DNA of 64,000 nt, from NCBI GenBank assembly GCA_964383665.1, contig CAYLHO010000002.1, positions 2,544 to 66,543 of the forward strand, written 5' to 3'. Source of the stretch: an uncultured Lachnospiraceae bacterium. GTDB lineage: Bacteria; Bacillota; Clostridia; Christensenellales; UBA1242. Shown here piece after piece: positions 25,779-40,700 of this stretch. The notes under the pieces are model-generated. The model saw only the letters and a program-made list of their open reading frames with translations, was not told the DNA's origin and did no database searches. The translations under genes and the position numbers were made by a program. Position 1 is the stretch's first letter. Every line of letters begins with the position of its first letter.

Positions 25779-28700
25779 ATGAAAAAATTTTTGGGGATTG
25801 TTTGCAGTTTGGTTTTAGTTATCGTTGCTGGATTAACTTTCACGGCTTGCGGGAAAGGCGTTGCAGAGATAACAATTTCTTCAAGCGAAACAGAAATCGA
25901 CCTTGTTATTGGAACGGACGAACAATCCAAGGACGTTGAATTTTTTGTTGACAACTTTGGAAACGGAAGTGGGCAAGTTAACTTCAGCGTTGAAGAAAAC
26001 GAAAAAGGAGTTGTTTCTTTCGAAACCAGTTATAAGGGAAATGGAAAAACTGTTTTAACAATAACAGCGCTTCGCCGCGGAACAGCAAGAATTGTTGCAA
26101 CAAGTTTGCAGGGTTCAAAGAAAGTTGTTTTAACAGTTAGAGTTACTCAACCAATAACCGGGCTTGACCTTAAAAACGAATACGTTAACAAACTTTATGT
26201 TATACGTGGAGAAGAACTTATACTTTCTCAAGATGAAATTTGGAAATACACTCCTTCCGAAACAAACCAAACAGAATTGGAATTCTCAATTATTGGTAAT
26301 TCCCAAGGTTGCGAAATTGTTGATGGAAAACTTGTTGTTGGCGAAAATTGCCTTCTTTCAAGCGTAACAATTAAAGCAGTGTCGGCGCACAATGCGGAAA
26401 TTTCTGAAGAGTTTGAGGTTAAAATTCTTAAACCAATTGAAGTTATAATGCAAATTGACGGCAAAAGAGTTGTTGACAATGTTACAAGCGAAACAACTCA
26501 AATTCTAAATTTCCTTGAGATTTTTCCAAGGGAACTTGACGGATCGATCTATCCAAACAGCAAAGAGGTTCTCTTAATTGTTAGTGCTGGAACGGAGAAC
26601 GAAACCTTAAACATTAAAAAGATCTTTTCGTCGGAAGAGGAAAAATTCAGCGTTGAACAAACAGCTTATTCGTATTCCTCTGCAACGAAACTTCATATCT
26701 ATAAATTTTTGATTCAAGCAAATTCAACCGAAGCGGGGAAAATTGACTCGGTTGTTTTCGATGTTTCATACGATGGATTCAAAGCGGGGAACAGCGATTA
26801 CAGTGTTAATTCGGTTAAACTTAACATCAATTCATATAACAAACCTCTTTCTGTTGAGGTTAACGGAGAATCGGGAACAACAGAGGTTGACGTTTTTGAA
26901 AATTCTGTTGATTTTTCAAATGGAAAAATGATTGAACTTTCAATCCTCCCAGGAAATGTTAAACTTTCAGAAAACAACATTATTATTTGGGCAGAAGATT
27001 TCGCAAATCTTCCAATTTCTCTTTACAAATTAAATGCAACAAGAACAGGATATGTTTGCGTTTTTGGATTTGACCAAAAGGGAAACCCTGTTGGGGCAAA
27101 TGAACACGGAATTAGATATGCATCAATAACCTCGGGAACAAAACTCTATGCATTTATTAATTCCAACTATAATTCAATTTTGGGCACAAACAAAACAGCA
27201 AAAATTTACGCACAAGCATCGGGTTTCTGCAATTTCACTGCAAATTCAACAGCAAGAGCATTAACAACAATTAATTTCGTTATTAATCCAAATGCGAAAA
27301 ATATTTCGCTTGCAGAAAAGGACGAGGAAGGCGTTTTAACAAAAGTTGACTCAACAACAATTTTTGTTGAAATTGGCAAAGAAGTTGAAAAATATATTGC
27401 AATTGATCCAAATTCTTTCACAATTGGATCAAATTCCATAATTAAAATTGCAAACGGAAGAATTGCAACAATTGGAAATCTTGTTGAATTTGCTGTTGAC
27501 AAGGATTATGTTTATGGAAAATTCACAATACAGGCAAATAAAGTTGGTTCTTCAACAATAACAGTTATTCTTTCCGACGGGAAAACAAAAGATTTCAATC
27601 TTGTTGTTGTAAGTCCGCTTGAAAAGATTGAAATGGACTTGGAAGATGTAACTTTTGGCGGAAATGTTGTTGAAAGCGATGTTGTTCCATATAAAAACAT
27701 AACAGACGTTGAAGTTTCGGTTGGCGAAACATCTCCTTTTATTGCACTTAACAAACTTTCAATTGCAAATTCGGGCGGAAGCGGAATTCAACTTGTTAAA
27801 ACATTAACTCCATCAACTGCTCAATATTATTTAACTTATCAATTTAAAGATTTCACAATTCCAGAGGGTGAAACGCTTAAAACTTTAACACTTGACAAAG
27901 TTAAAGAACTTTATGGCGACGATTTCGACAATATTTGGGGCGAAACAAGCGACATTCTTAACACGTCCCGCCTTAGCAACCTTTCAATTCTTGAAGCAAA
28001 AAACAGCGGAGCGCAAGGAAATGTGCTTATTAAAATTGCAGTTTTTGCAATGAACTCTGACGGAGAGTATGGAACAGAACCTGTTGGATACTTCTATTAT
28101 TTAGTTAATTTCTTCATTCCGGTTAAAGGTTTAACATTAACAAATGGGACTCTTGAACTTTACACGTATAACACAATTGGCGATAAATTTGTTGATAAAA
28201 ACGGAATAAGCAAATCAATTAGTGAGTTTTCCGTTACTGTTAACCCAGTTAACCAAGGATTAACTCCTACTTATTTAAATAGTTTAGAAATATACGTTAA
28301 CGGAGCTTCAAGATTAACAAATGCAATTTTTGAGGAAAGAGATAATGTTGTTTATCTTTCAAAGGGCGGGCAACTTGTTTCTGGGCTTGAAGGAGCAGCG
28401 TTAAAAGTTACAAGAATTAAAGACGGAAACACTTTCACATTCAAGGTTCAAGCCTACAATGGCGCAGGAAACTATATTTTTGCTCTTGTCCTTTCTGAAG
28501 TTAATGAATCAAAACGCTTCACAGCAATTTCAAGAATTGTTGTTTCCGATGCTGTTGAAATAACAGACATCGACATTGTTAATGCAAGCGAAAATGATCC
28601 AATCCACTTTAACAATATAATTCAATCAAGTGGGGAAGAGGAGGCAATTAAAAATCCGTTTGAACTTGAACTTATCTCTAACATTTATGGACCGGCGGGG

Positions 28701-31700
28701 AAAGAGATAACAAATTCATCTCTCGAATTTGAAATATATTGGGATAAATTGAGCGAAAAAGACTATTTTATTAACGAAAATGGCGAAAAAGTTCAATTTG
28801 CAACAATTTCAGAAGGAAAGTTAACAATTAAACGCGGGGCATATGATTTCAGCGAATATTTTGAGAAATCAGAGGAGGAAAGAGAAGAATTAAATAAAGA
28901 GGATTTCAAGAAGTTTGTTCAATTTGGCGGCGAAGGATATTTGAAAATTTACCCAACCTCAAACTACTATCTTTCAACAAACGGCTGGAATGGAGAAAGA
29001 CCAGTTGTTGAAATTCCGGTTTCTGTTTCCGATGGAAAAACAATTTCATTCTATATTTTAAGCAACGAAGATTTTTTGCTTTTAGGACAATTCCCAACAT
29101 CAAGCTTTGAACTTCGCGCCAACGTTAATGTTCCTTCAGATTATGTTCCTGTTGAGGAATTTTCTGGAACATTAACTGGAGGGGAATCAAGAGCCTTTTC
29201 AATTGGCGCTTGGTGTCCGCTTTTCAAGAAAATAACAACAACTGGTGTTGTTGAAAATTTCTACTATATGTTTGAAAGCGAAGAAGAAAATACAAACGAA
29301 ATGCTTGAATGTGTTAGCGTTGAGAATGAAACAACATATTTTGGTGGACTTGCAAACATTAATGAAGGAACAATCCGAAACATTGGCGGAACTTTGGAAG
29401 TTTCAGATGGCTTAAACTTGAATGTTTCTTTAACAACTCTTGTTAACAAAAGAAAGGGAACTTTAAGCAACGACATCTTGTTTTTGCCTGTTTTTAAAAC
29501 TGGCGATCAACTTAACCGAAACACAACATTTGATTCTGTTTCTCAACTTATTGGAGGCGAGCTTGTTAAATATACAGGCGGGCTTGTTGGGCTTAACAGA
29601 GGATTGATTGAAGAGGAGAAAGAAAACGTCCATTATTGCGCTGCGGTTTACGGCGCAAACGTTGGCGGAATTGCAGCAGTTAACGAAGGAACAATTCGAA
29701 ACACAAATTTCTATGGCGTTGCTTATGGAATTGAAACGGCAGGTGGAATTGCGGCTCTTAACAGCGGCATAATTACAAATTGCGATGTTTTAACCATGTC
29801 GCTCTTTAACATTGGCGTTTACATTGCTTCCGAAAAAGCATATTCCTACAGTGAAACTCCAATTGAGTTTGCAGTTGGTGGGGTTGCAGCAAAAAGCAAT
29901 GGCGGGGTTATTTTAAACTGCAAAGTTGAGGCTTCTTCCGACGAGAGATTCAACCCAGACATCTTTGAAAGTTTGATCGATGTATCAAAAATTGATAAGG
30001 AAGTTTATTGCACTGTTAATGGAAAACCTTTTGGAACAGGAAAATATAGCTCGAGTTTTAATATTAACAATAAAACATTCGAAATTGAACGAAAAAAATA
30101 TACAATTGACGATTTAACAAACCCAACAAAGATAACTTACACTCAAAATGGAGAAACAGTTGAGATTGCAGTTGTTGATAACAAATTTATGCTTGGTAAT
30201 GCAGAATTTGTTATAAGCGGGGATAAAGTTGTTGGAAGCGCAAATTTTGTTAGCAGAACGATTTATGCCGGCGGACTTGTTGGAATTTTGGAAGGAACTG
30301 GCAAGATTCAAGAAAGCATCTTCAGCGGTTCTCTTGCAGTAAAACAAGTTGCTTCGGGTGGATTTGTTGGAAAACTTGTTGGCGACGGACATTCTTCAAC
30401 AACGCACGTTGAAAACTGCTATGCAATTGTTGCTTATGATGAAAGCGATTTAAATCTTGGAATTTCGAACGGACAATTTATTGGCGTTGGCGACCTTTCT
30501 GAAATTAAAAATTCCTATATTTCATCAAACGGAACATTTGGAAATGCTGGGCAAGGAACGGGAAATGTTGTTTTCTCATATTTCAAAAGATCAAGCAACG
30601 AAATCTCAAAATTCCTTGAACTTTCAAACATTTACGCTCAAAATTCTTCTTTTAGTGGCGATTACAGTGCTATTGATTTAGATTACGGCTTAACTCTTGA
30701 AGATTACCTCAAGATAAGCTGGGCAGATTTATATCAGAACGGGCAAATTAATTACACTGTTGACACAACTGGCGAAAACGCTGAAATTTTTGGAACAATT
30801 ACGATGAGCGGGCTTGAAAGCGACCCAACATCAACGTTTAACTTCAGTTTCTCACTTGACAAAATGCAAAATAACGAAGTTGAACCCGTTAAATTCACTT
30901 ATAAAAATATAGAATATGATATTACTATAATTGATAATTCAAGTTACCATTGCCTCAGAATTGAAGCAAATGGGGAAAGCAGCGTTGATTTTACAAACGA
31001 CTCTTTCTCAACAACATGGTCAAACATAAATTTCAACAAGAACCTTAACAATGTTGTTTCTGAAAGTTATGATTTTAGAATAAGCGATTTTGTTTCTTCA
31101 ATTGCTCATGCAACAAATTCTGCTTATTTGCCTTTGAATTTCAATGTTGAAATTGCAGGCGAAGGATATGATAGACAAATTCAACCTTCTGTTTTAGATA
31201 TTGTTTATGCTAAAATATACTTTGTTTGGATTTACAACAATTTTGATGAAATCGTTTCAAACGAAGCTCTTTCAAGTTTGCTTGGAGCAGGCGAGGAATC
31301 TCTTACAACCGAACAATATCTTTGCCGAATTTTTGGCATTGATGAATCGCTTGGCAGAGATGAAATTAAGCAACAAATTGGAAATATTATAACAACAGTT
31401 GTTCTTTCTCAACTTAACTCTGGTTTTGCAGACTTAAAAACGGATATTGCTGGGCTTAAACAAAATGTTACAAATCTTCGACCACAAATTGTTAATCTTA
31501 TAAACACAATCAGCCCATCGGCTGCCGCAATTTATGATCAACAACTTGCCGAAATTGAGGTTTTAATTGAAAAGGGTATTGCATTAACTTCGTTAAGCGA
31601 GATAACCCTTGAAAACATTTCAAGTTTCAAATTGCAACTTGATTACATAAGTGGCGCGCTTAATAAATTTGCTAATTTGGTTATGAACACCCCAATTGAC

Positions 31701-34700
31701 GGAAGCGAAGCAATTGATGAAGAAATATATACTCTTTGCGACGGAGCATTTGTTAAAATTTTCTACGCTTCAACAATTAACATGAACATTGGGAACTTTG
31801 CTCATGCGCTTACAATTGTTGATTTAAGTTTTGCAAATTCAGACATGCCAACATTGCTTGAAGGCTTTAAAACAGCAGGTTGGGATATTGAAAACATCAA
31901 CGAAGAATCCAACAGCGTTTGGATTTATGAAGACGGGAAACTTCCAACGTTAAGAAACAAAGAACTTGCAAAGAGAATTTCAAGTTTTGAAGTTGGAGTT
32001 AAAGAAAACAATGATTCTTGGCGTTCATATGTTAACGCAGGAAAAACAAGTCTTGTTTTGTTCAATTACAGTGTTTTGGGAGAACTTACAGGAAATCAAC
32101 AAGCAATTCTTAACAATTTGAACACAATAAGCCTTGAAAGCATTTTTGAATTTACGAACATTAACGGAACAGATGAAACTGCATCAAGCAATCTTTTCGT
32201 AATTCAAAGCAGCAACAAGAGTGTTGTTCAAATTGTTGGCGGAAAAATTCATGTTGTTGGAACAGGAGAAGCAACATTAACGATAACTCCATTACACAAA
32301 GAATTTGGACTTTTAAACAAGGTTGAAAAGGAAATAACGATTTATGTTATTAATCCTCTTGGAAAAACCGAGGTGTTCCAAGGTGTAAGTGCAAAAACAG
32401 ACCCAATTAATGGGCAAGAAATTTCAATTTATAAAAACGAATTGAACTATATAACAATTGCAACAAAAACATCAATTTCTCTTGGAAATCAACAATTCAA
32501 TTTTGTAACAAATGCAATGGGTTATGAAATTAAACTTAAAGATAACGACATAAAAGCTTTGTTTGGGATTAACGGATTGAATGCTGGGGCAGATGCCGAT
32601 AAATTTGCTGAAGGAACATTAACAGTTAAGCCAAACGAAAACGTTGACACAACAAAAAAATATGAATTCATTGTTAAAGCCCTTTTGCAAAAGGAAAATC
32701 AAAAATTCAACAATGTTTTATATTTAAAAACGTTCATAAACGAAGTTAATGAAATCCTTTCACAAGTTGAATCCGACGCAGATTTTGAAGCGGGAATTCT
32801 TATTAAAGCAGAAAAGGTTTTAATTTCGGTTAAAGATGCGGAAATTGATCCTTCAAGCATGGTTTCTGTTGATTTTGAACTTCAAACAACAAACACAGAT
32901 GACAAACTTATTATTGTTATTCGCGATGAAAACAATAACGTTATTTGGGTTTCGGAAGATGTGACAATTGATGGACTTAAATATTATAAAGATAACAACA
33001 GCAACCTTTTTGAAATCAATCCAACAATTGGAGAATATAGCAGCGGAAGAAAGAATGGAACGGTTTTAATCAGCATTGATGAAAGCAAACGTAGCAACGT
33101 TGTTAAAACCAGCACCTACACTGTTACTTTTAGCGACAGCAGTTTGGAAAAATCTTCGCAATTAACATTAAAACTTAAACCACAAGAAATTTTAAATGTA
33201 ACTTATGTTCACAACAACAGAACAGAGGATTCAACAGAAAATGGAATGAAACTTCAAGCAGAACCAAGCTCTGTTTTGATGCCGGGCGATTGCGGGCTTC
33301 TAACAATTGGGCTTTATCCAACATATTCCAATTTCAAAAGAATTGTTTTAACAAGTCAAATTGTTGATGGGCAAAACTACATTTTGCTTGAACAAATGTA
33401 TAATTCGGGCGAATATTACATTCCTGTTTCATTAACGACAGGATATTCAAGCGTTCGCGACGGAAATGTTTTAACAATTAACAAACCGTCAGATCCAAGC
33501 TTGTTATCTTCGGGAAACATCTATGTTAGAACAAAAATGCTCGACACAGTTAGCGAAGGAATTTACTTCCCAATTAACATAACAATAATCTGTGAAGATG
33601 AGAACGGAAATGAATACGTTTCTAAATCGGAAACAATAACCCTTCTTTCCGAAACAATTGATGGCGCGCAAATAACAGTTAATGGCGGGAAAGATGCAAC
33701 TTTAACAAGAGGTAACACATTCCCAATTAAGGTTAGCGTTAACCAAAATCAATCGCTTGCAACCGTAACTCCGGTTAACTTTAAAAATGGGGAATCAAAA
33801 TACGATTTTGTTTCAACCTATTTCAACACTGCGGAATATGAAATTGTTGACGGAAGAAAAGTTTACAGCGGAACAATAACAATTGGGCTTGACGCCGAAA
33901 TTGAAGATGATGGAGTTTTCAAACTTCAAACAGTTGTTAATAAAGTTATTAATGGAAAATATGAAACTGCAATAGATTCAGTTGAAATTCGTGTTGTTGA
34001 TTTCCTTGTTGAAGGAATTAAGATTAAAGGCAATGCCGATGACGACAATGTTTTCAACACCCCAGCGGCAATTGAAAAAGAATTGGAGTTCGAATTCGTT
34101 CTTTCAAAAACTCCAGAAGCAATTGAATCCGATCAAGAAAAATCAATTGCAAGAATTAACAATGCGAAAGAAGAATTTGTTAAATCTGTTTCATTAAAGC
34201 AATATTTCAACGAAAATCAGCAATTTGCTATCAACACCGACAGGAACTTTGTTGTTAACGGCGAACATGAAGGAGATAAAACAGTTCCATCTCATTTGTC
34301 AAACACAAACAGCAGTTTGGCATACGACTTGTTCTTCACAAGCGACATGACGCAATATATTAACAACTTGACTGGTGAAGTTCAAGAAAGTAAATATTTC
34401 AACATTAAATATAATGGCGATAAAAATGGAAACAGCATGTCGTCAACAATGCTTAAGATAACAGGAAAGTCGGTTGGAAGCGTTGGAATGACAATTAAAA
34501 TTGGCTATCGTGTTCCGGGGCTTGACTATGATCAATACGTTTTATACAACTTTGTTATCAATGTTCAAATCTATTCCGACGAGGACAAGCCAACTCCAAT
34601 TGAAAATGGCGAGCAATTTGTTGAATATCTGTCGGCAGGAGAAGCGCAATATTCTTCAACAAACTTCATTTTGATGAATAACATTGTTCTTGAAAATTTT

Positions 34701-37700
34701 GTTCCATTTGAAAGAACAAATTTCTCAAGCCTTGACGGAAACAACAAGGTTATAACAATTAAGAATTTCAGCATTGAAAACGGAACATCTGTTAACCTTG
34801 GGCTTTTCACAAATGTTGGAAGCGATGCAACAATTAAGAATCTTGTTGTTAACTATGGACAACTTTCAAACATTGTTCTTCCTTCGAATGTTCGAAACTT
34901 TAATTTCGGAGGAATTGCAGTAACAAACAACGGAACAATCTATAACTGTGAAGTTGTTTCTCTTGACCTTGAAAACAATTCTCCTTCATCAAATGGAGGA
35001 ATTAAGGTTGTTTTTGGCGAAGAAGGGAAAAGTAAGGCCGATAATGTTTCTTCGAACATTGCAGGGCTTGTTGTAACAAACAATTCAAGCATCACAAACA
35101 GTCGTGTTGGCGCAAAAACTTTCCACAGACAAAAAGATTCGCTAACAAACAAATACGTTTCAAAACTTGACCAATTCAAACAAATATCCTATGAAAATGA
35201 TAATGTTATAACAACTTTATATAATTATGGAGAATTTAACATTGTTGGGCAAGGCAACATGTCGGGCTTTGCAATTAATAACTCCGGAGTTATTTCAGCA
35301 TCTTATTTTGCAAATGGGAAAATTGTTAATGAAACAGCTTCGGGAGCATTAAGCGAAACGGCTGGATTTGTTATTTCTAACTCTCTTGGAGGAACAATTT
35401 TTGGGTCTTTCGTTGAAGGAATTAAACTCGACACAGATGTTAGTGTTAACATAACTGGCGGCGGAATTGTTGCTCAAGGAATTTGCGCTGGATTTGCTTA
35501 TCAAAACTTTGGCTCAATTTCCGATTGTTACACGAATATTCGACTTGCAGGCGAAAGCACTGGAAGAATTGTTTCTGGCTTTGTTTATAACAACGAATCA
35601 AGCGGAATTGTTGAAAGATGTTTAAGTGCTTCAACAATTGTTGGGCAACTTACAACGCAAATGCCTTTCTCGGGTAAAAATGCACGTGATGAAATCATGC
35701 AAAAATCTGACGAAGGGTTAAATAATTGTTACTATCTTGTTAAAAAACAAGACACTGAATCGGTTTTGGAAGAAAAATATAAAACCGGGGCAATTGCACT
35801 TCAAATTTCAACTCTTCAAAGCGGATCGTTCTATGGTTTTGCTTTAACAACTGAAAACAATGGAAACGATGGCGTTTGGAGTTGGGACGGAATCTTGCCT
35901 CAACTTGTTAGCGCAAATCAGAAAGCAATTTCAGTTAGAAGGGTTATTGAAAACTATAGCAGTCTTGTTTCAAGCGGGGTTTCAAGCGAAAACTTGAATG
36001 TATATCCATACATTTCTGGTTATGAATATGGAACGAAAAACAATCCAATCATAATTCGCTCTGCCGATGAATTTAACCGTGTTTTTGGACAGGAAACCGC
36101 TTTAATTAAAAATGCTTATTATGCAATAAGTCAATTTTATAACAAAAACTTGGGAATTGTTTTTGGAAGTTATCGTCTTGTTGCATCAATTGATTTCGAT
36201 AAGTTAACTTATGTTGAAAACGTTAAGATTTCCTCGTCGATTATGGATCTTGCGAAAAACAGTTCAAACAGCGGGTCTTTCGACGGAAACGCATTAACAA
36301 TTTCTAACATCGAAATTTCTCTTGACAATCAAAATTCTGTTGGATTGTTCTCGAAAATAACAAGCGGCGGAGTTTTCAAAAATGTTAATTTAACAGTTAA
36401 AAGCATTGCAACAGGAAACAGCGGAATTTATGCTGGAGCTGTTGCAGGATATGTTTCGAATTCATCGCTTGCAAACATAACTGTTCAACCAGTTAATGAA
36501 ACAGGCGAAACACGTTCAAAAATTTCCGGTCAAAACATTGTTGGTGGTGTTGTTGGGGCTGTTGTTGGAAACAGCACAGTTTCAAACTTGACATCATCAA
36601 TTTCGGTAATTTCTGGAAACGCACAAGCAAAAACAGGAATTGACGATTACATTCTTAATGTTCTCCGAAACAGCGCAACTGTTATTAATGGCGTTGTTAG
36701 CGACAAGAACAAAGATTACAGTTTTGCCGGCGGTGTTGTTGGAATTTTGGATATATATGATGACATAAACGACCAAAGCGTTGTAACCTCAACACCAAAT
36801 GCTAAACAATTAACATTTATTGGAAGTGATGTTTCTGTTCAAGGAAGCGTTGTTGGCGGTGTTGTTGGATATAACGGAGCAAGCACATACCTTGTTGATT
36901 GCGCATTCATTTTGGAAGGCAACGAGGAAACGCTTAATCAAAGACTTATTACCTATGCAAACATTCTTGGCGGAATCGTTGGTGTTAACAAAGGCGATCT
37001 CTATGAACTTCGAATTGAACATTCAAGCGAAGTTCAAAAAGCAATTGAGGACAACCTTCAAAATTACTATAACAACTCTAACGAAGTTTTCCGTGGGAAC
37101 ACAAAACTTTTCAACAGCACTGGAACTTCATCAGCCGATGGCATTTATGCCGGAGGACTTGTTGGGAAAATGCTTGGCGGAGAATTAACCGTTGCATACA
37201 GCCGAGTTGATGTTTCGCTTCAAAATGCAGTGTATGTTGGAGGAGCTATTGGATATGTTGGATCAAAACTTGATTTAATTGAGGTTTATGCTTTTGGCGA
37301 TGTTGATGGCATTAACGCAGGCGGACTTATTGGAAGAGCCGATGCAAATGTTTCATTTGAACGTTGCGTTGCAATGAACTTCATTTCAAAAACAAACTTA
37401 AACTTTGTTGCTGCCCTTAACGCTGCAAATGAGTTTAATGCGCAAGGCGAAGAAGGCGGACAATGGCAATTAAGCGTTGACAAAACAACAATTTCAAATG
37501 GAGACGTAACATATTCTGTAAGAATTTCCGATGGAAAGGTTGTTGAAATCCAAATTAAAAACTTAATGCCTTTAATTGCAGAAAACGGAAGTTATGAAAG
37601 TTCTTTAACCGATGAAGTTTATGCTAACGAAGAAATAACCTATATGAACATGAAACTAACATTCAAGAAAGATAAAGGACTTCTTGGACTTTCTCTCGAC

Positions 37701-40700
37701 GGAGGGTTAAGTTCCTATCGCGGTTATGAGCTTGATTCATCAGTTATTAACAAAATGTTCCTTGGGGCAGGCTGGGACGCAAGCCTTTGGGAACTTAAAG
37801 ATGGACGAATTTTACCATCATTTAGTTATGGTGTTTCGGCAAAAACAATTTATATCGAAAAACCAACTGACCTTCTTAAATTGAAGAAATATTATCGCGG
37901 CGATAACATTATTATCTTTGGCGACGACCCAACAACTTCGTTTAATCCATATGAATTTGTTGATGGAGACAAGTCAACATATGGAACATTCACGCTTAAC
38001 GAACTTCAAGGGCTTACGGTTGATAAAGAAACTCAAACAATAACATTTGATATATCAGTTATTAAGTCGCTTGTTTCTGTTGGGGACAATGGAACATTCT
38101 TCCGTCGATTCCTTGGCGTTATGTATGGCGAGTTTGGAAGAACGCCAGATTCAAACGGACTAACATGGACCTACAAGATTATAAAAATCGAAAATCCTCT
38201 TTTCGACACTGTTAAAGGCGGATCGATTTCAGATTTGACTTTTGACAACAGAGAACTTGGAACAACAATCACAACTCCTGTTCTTGCAAACACAATTGAA
38301 AGCAGAGCAGACCTTAACAACTTATCGTTTGAAAACATCAAAATTTCAACTTCAAACCCTAAACAAATTGGAGAAAATGAATATGCAATTGGAATTGTTG
38401 CTGCAAGAATGAGCGACGTTTTGTCAATTTCCAATGTTAAAATTCAAAAATGCGAAATTCAAATTAAGGATTTGGGAAGCAAGAAATTGTCGGTTGGGGC
38501 AATTGCAGGGAAAAATGTCGTCGAAAACGCAACTTCAAAATTCAATGGGGTTAAAGTTTCTGAATTAATAACAAATTCTAACTTAACTTTGTCGGACGGA
38601 TTGAATGTTGGCGGATTCTTTGGCGAAACAAGCGGCACATTCGAATTTAAGGAATCTCAAGTTACAGATTCAACATTTAATGTTGGATTGACGAGTGCTG
38701 GCTCTTTCGACGGCGCACAAGTGATTTTTGTTGGTGGATTCGTTGGGAATGCTCAAGGAAACAACACAGTCCACAAATTAACCGACGATGCACAACTTAC
38801 AAGCGATTTGACAATTTCTGTTGAAGAAGCTGCAACAACATATGCGGGCCTTTTGTTTGGGCGTGTTGGAGGACTTATCTACACCGACAACAGCAGCGTT
38901 ACATTCAGCGGAACAATTCAAAATGCAGGTCAAAATGAAGAGGACAAGAAGTCAACAACCCTTGTTGTTGGCGGAGCGGCTGGTCTTGCAGGCGGCGCAG
39001 AAATTGCTGGAATGAACGCAAAGTTAACAGCAACTGGACTTAAAACAAAGAGCTTCACAACCAACGGAAGCACAGTTATTTCGTCCTTTGGTTCACTTTT
39101 TGGAATGCTTACTGGTAATACTGGAATTAAAAAAACCAAGTATTTTGAAAACATTTCAATCACAGGGGGAGAAGACAGCAGCGAAAACAACCAAAACGCT
39201 TTTGCAGCAGGTGGACTTATCGGCGTTGTTAACGGCGGTATGGGCAACAATGTTACAATTGAAAATAGCGGGTATTATGGCGAATTAACCGTCGATTACT
39301 CTGCAAAGACCCTTTATGTTGGCGGGCTTGTTGGCTTCAGCAACTCGAACATTGCATTCAGCGGTGTTGAGTTTGCAAAAACTGAAGACAAATGCGGCAA
39401 AATTTCCATTAAAAACATTGGTCAAAATGTTTATGTTGGTGGAATAATTGGTTTTTCTGCAGAAAAAAACACAACAACGACAATCGAAAACAGCATTGCA
39501 ACAGGAGAAATTGTTTTCCCAGAAACAAAGTCGGGCAAAGCAGAAACAACTGGAAGTGCGGAAACTAAAGCTGTTAATGTTGGGCTTCTTGCCGGTTCAA
39601 TCCGCAACGGGAAAATTTCCAATAACAAAGTTGGCGGGAACATCTCCTTTAACGACAAAGCAGACGAATGGAACATTATTGCCGGTGGGCTTGTTGGATC
39701 GTTAAACAACGGAACGGTTTCAGGCAACTATGCCTGGGGCAACATAACTCTTATGAATGCATCAGGCATGCTTTCTAAACCTTTAACTGCTGGCGGGCTT
39801 GTTGGAACAACTGGAGCAAGCGGAGAAAGCGCAAACATGCCTAAATTTAGTTCAAACTATAGCTTAACTTCGCTTTATATAACAAAAACAGCAGAAATGG
39901 CAAACACAAACATAGGCGCATTGGTTGGAACAGGCGCAATTAGTAATGATTCTAAAGATAACTACTATTGCCACCAAATCAATCTTGCAACCGACACCTA
40001 TGGAACAAACTTGTATTATAAGAGAGGCTCTTCAATTTTAAGCAAACTTGGCAGTCTGCTTAACAGCCTTGGTGACGACTTAAAGGGTGAGGGTTCAAAA
40101 CTTAACCCAATTCGTTATCAAAATGGAAACTTGGAAGAAGGAACTTATTACTATTTAGGTTCAAATGTAACACTTTCCTCGCCAACCTCCGATCCTTCAA
40201 CAGGGGTTGTTTCGTCGGTGTCCGACCTTAAAGGGCATCTTGTTGGAGATGGATATAAGATTATAGTGTCTGTAACTCCTTTTGGAACTATTCATAAGTC
40301 TGGCGCGGTTTCTGGTGTTTCGTTTGTAACAACCTCACAAGTTGTAGCAAGGAGTGCTGGAAGAGTTCAACCAAATGACTTTAGAGAGCCAAGCGGCATT
40401 GCAGAAACAAATTATGGAGTCATATTCGCAGTTGTTGTTGAAGCAAGGGGATATGCAACTTCATCTTATTATGGAGATGTCGTCTGCGCGTTCAATTCTG
40501 GAATTGCATGGCACAACTACGGTTTAATTGCGGATTCTGGCGTAATTTACAACGTAAAATCCGTTTATGCTGGAATATCGCAAGAAAACTCTGGTGTTGT
40601 TAGAAATTCTTACACAACAGGCGCAGTTCATCATGGTGCAACCTATGCTCTTGTTAAGGGTTCGAGTGGCATAATAATGAATTGTTACACAGCCCTCGAT

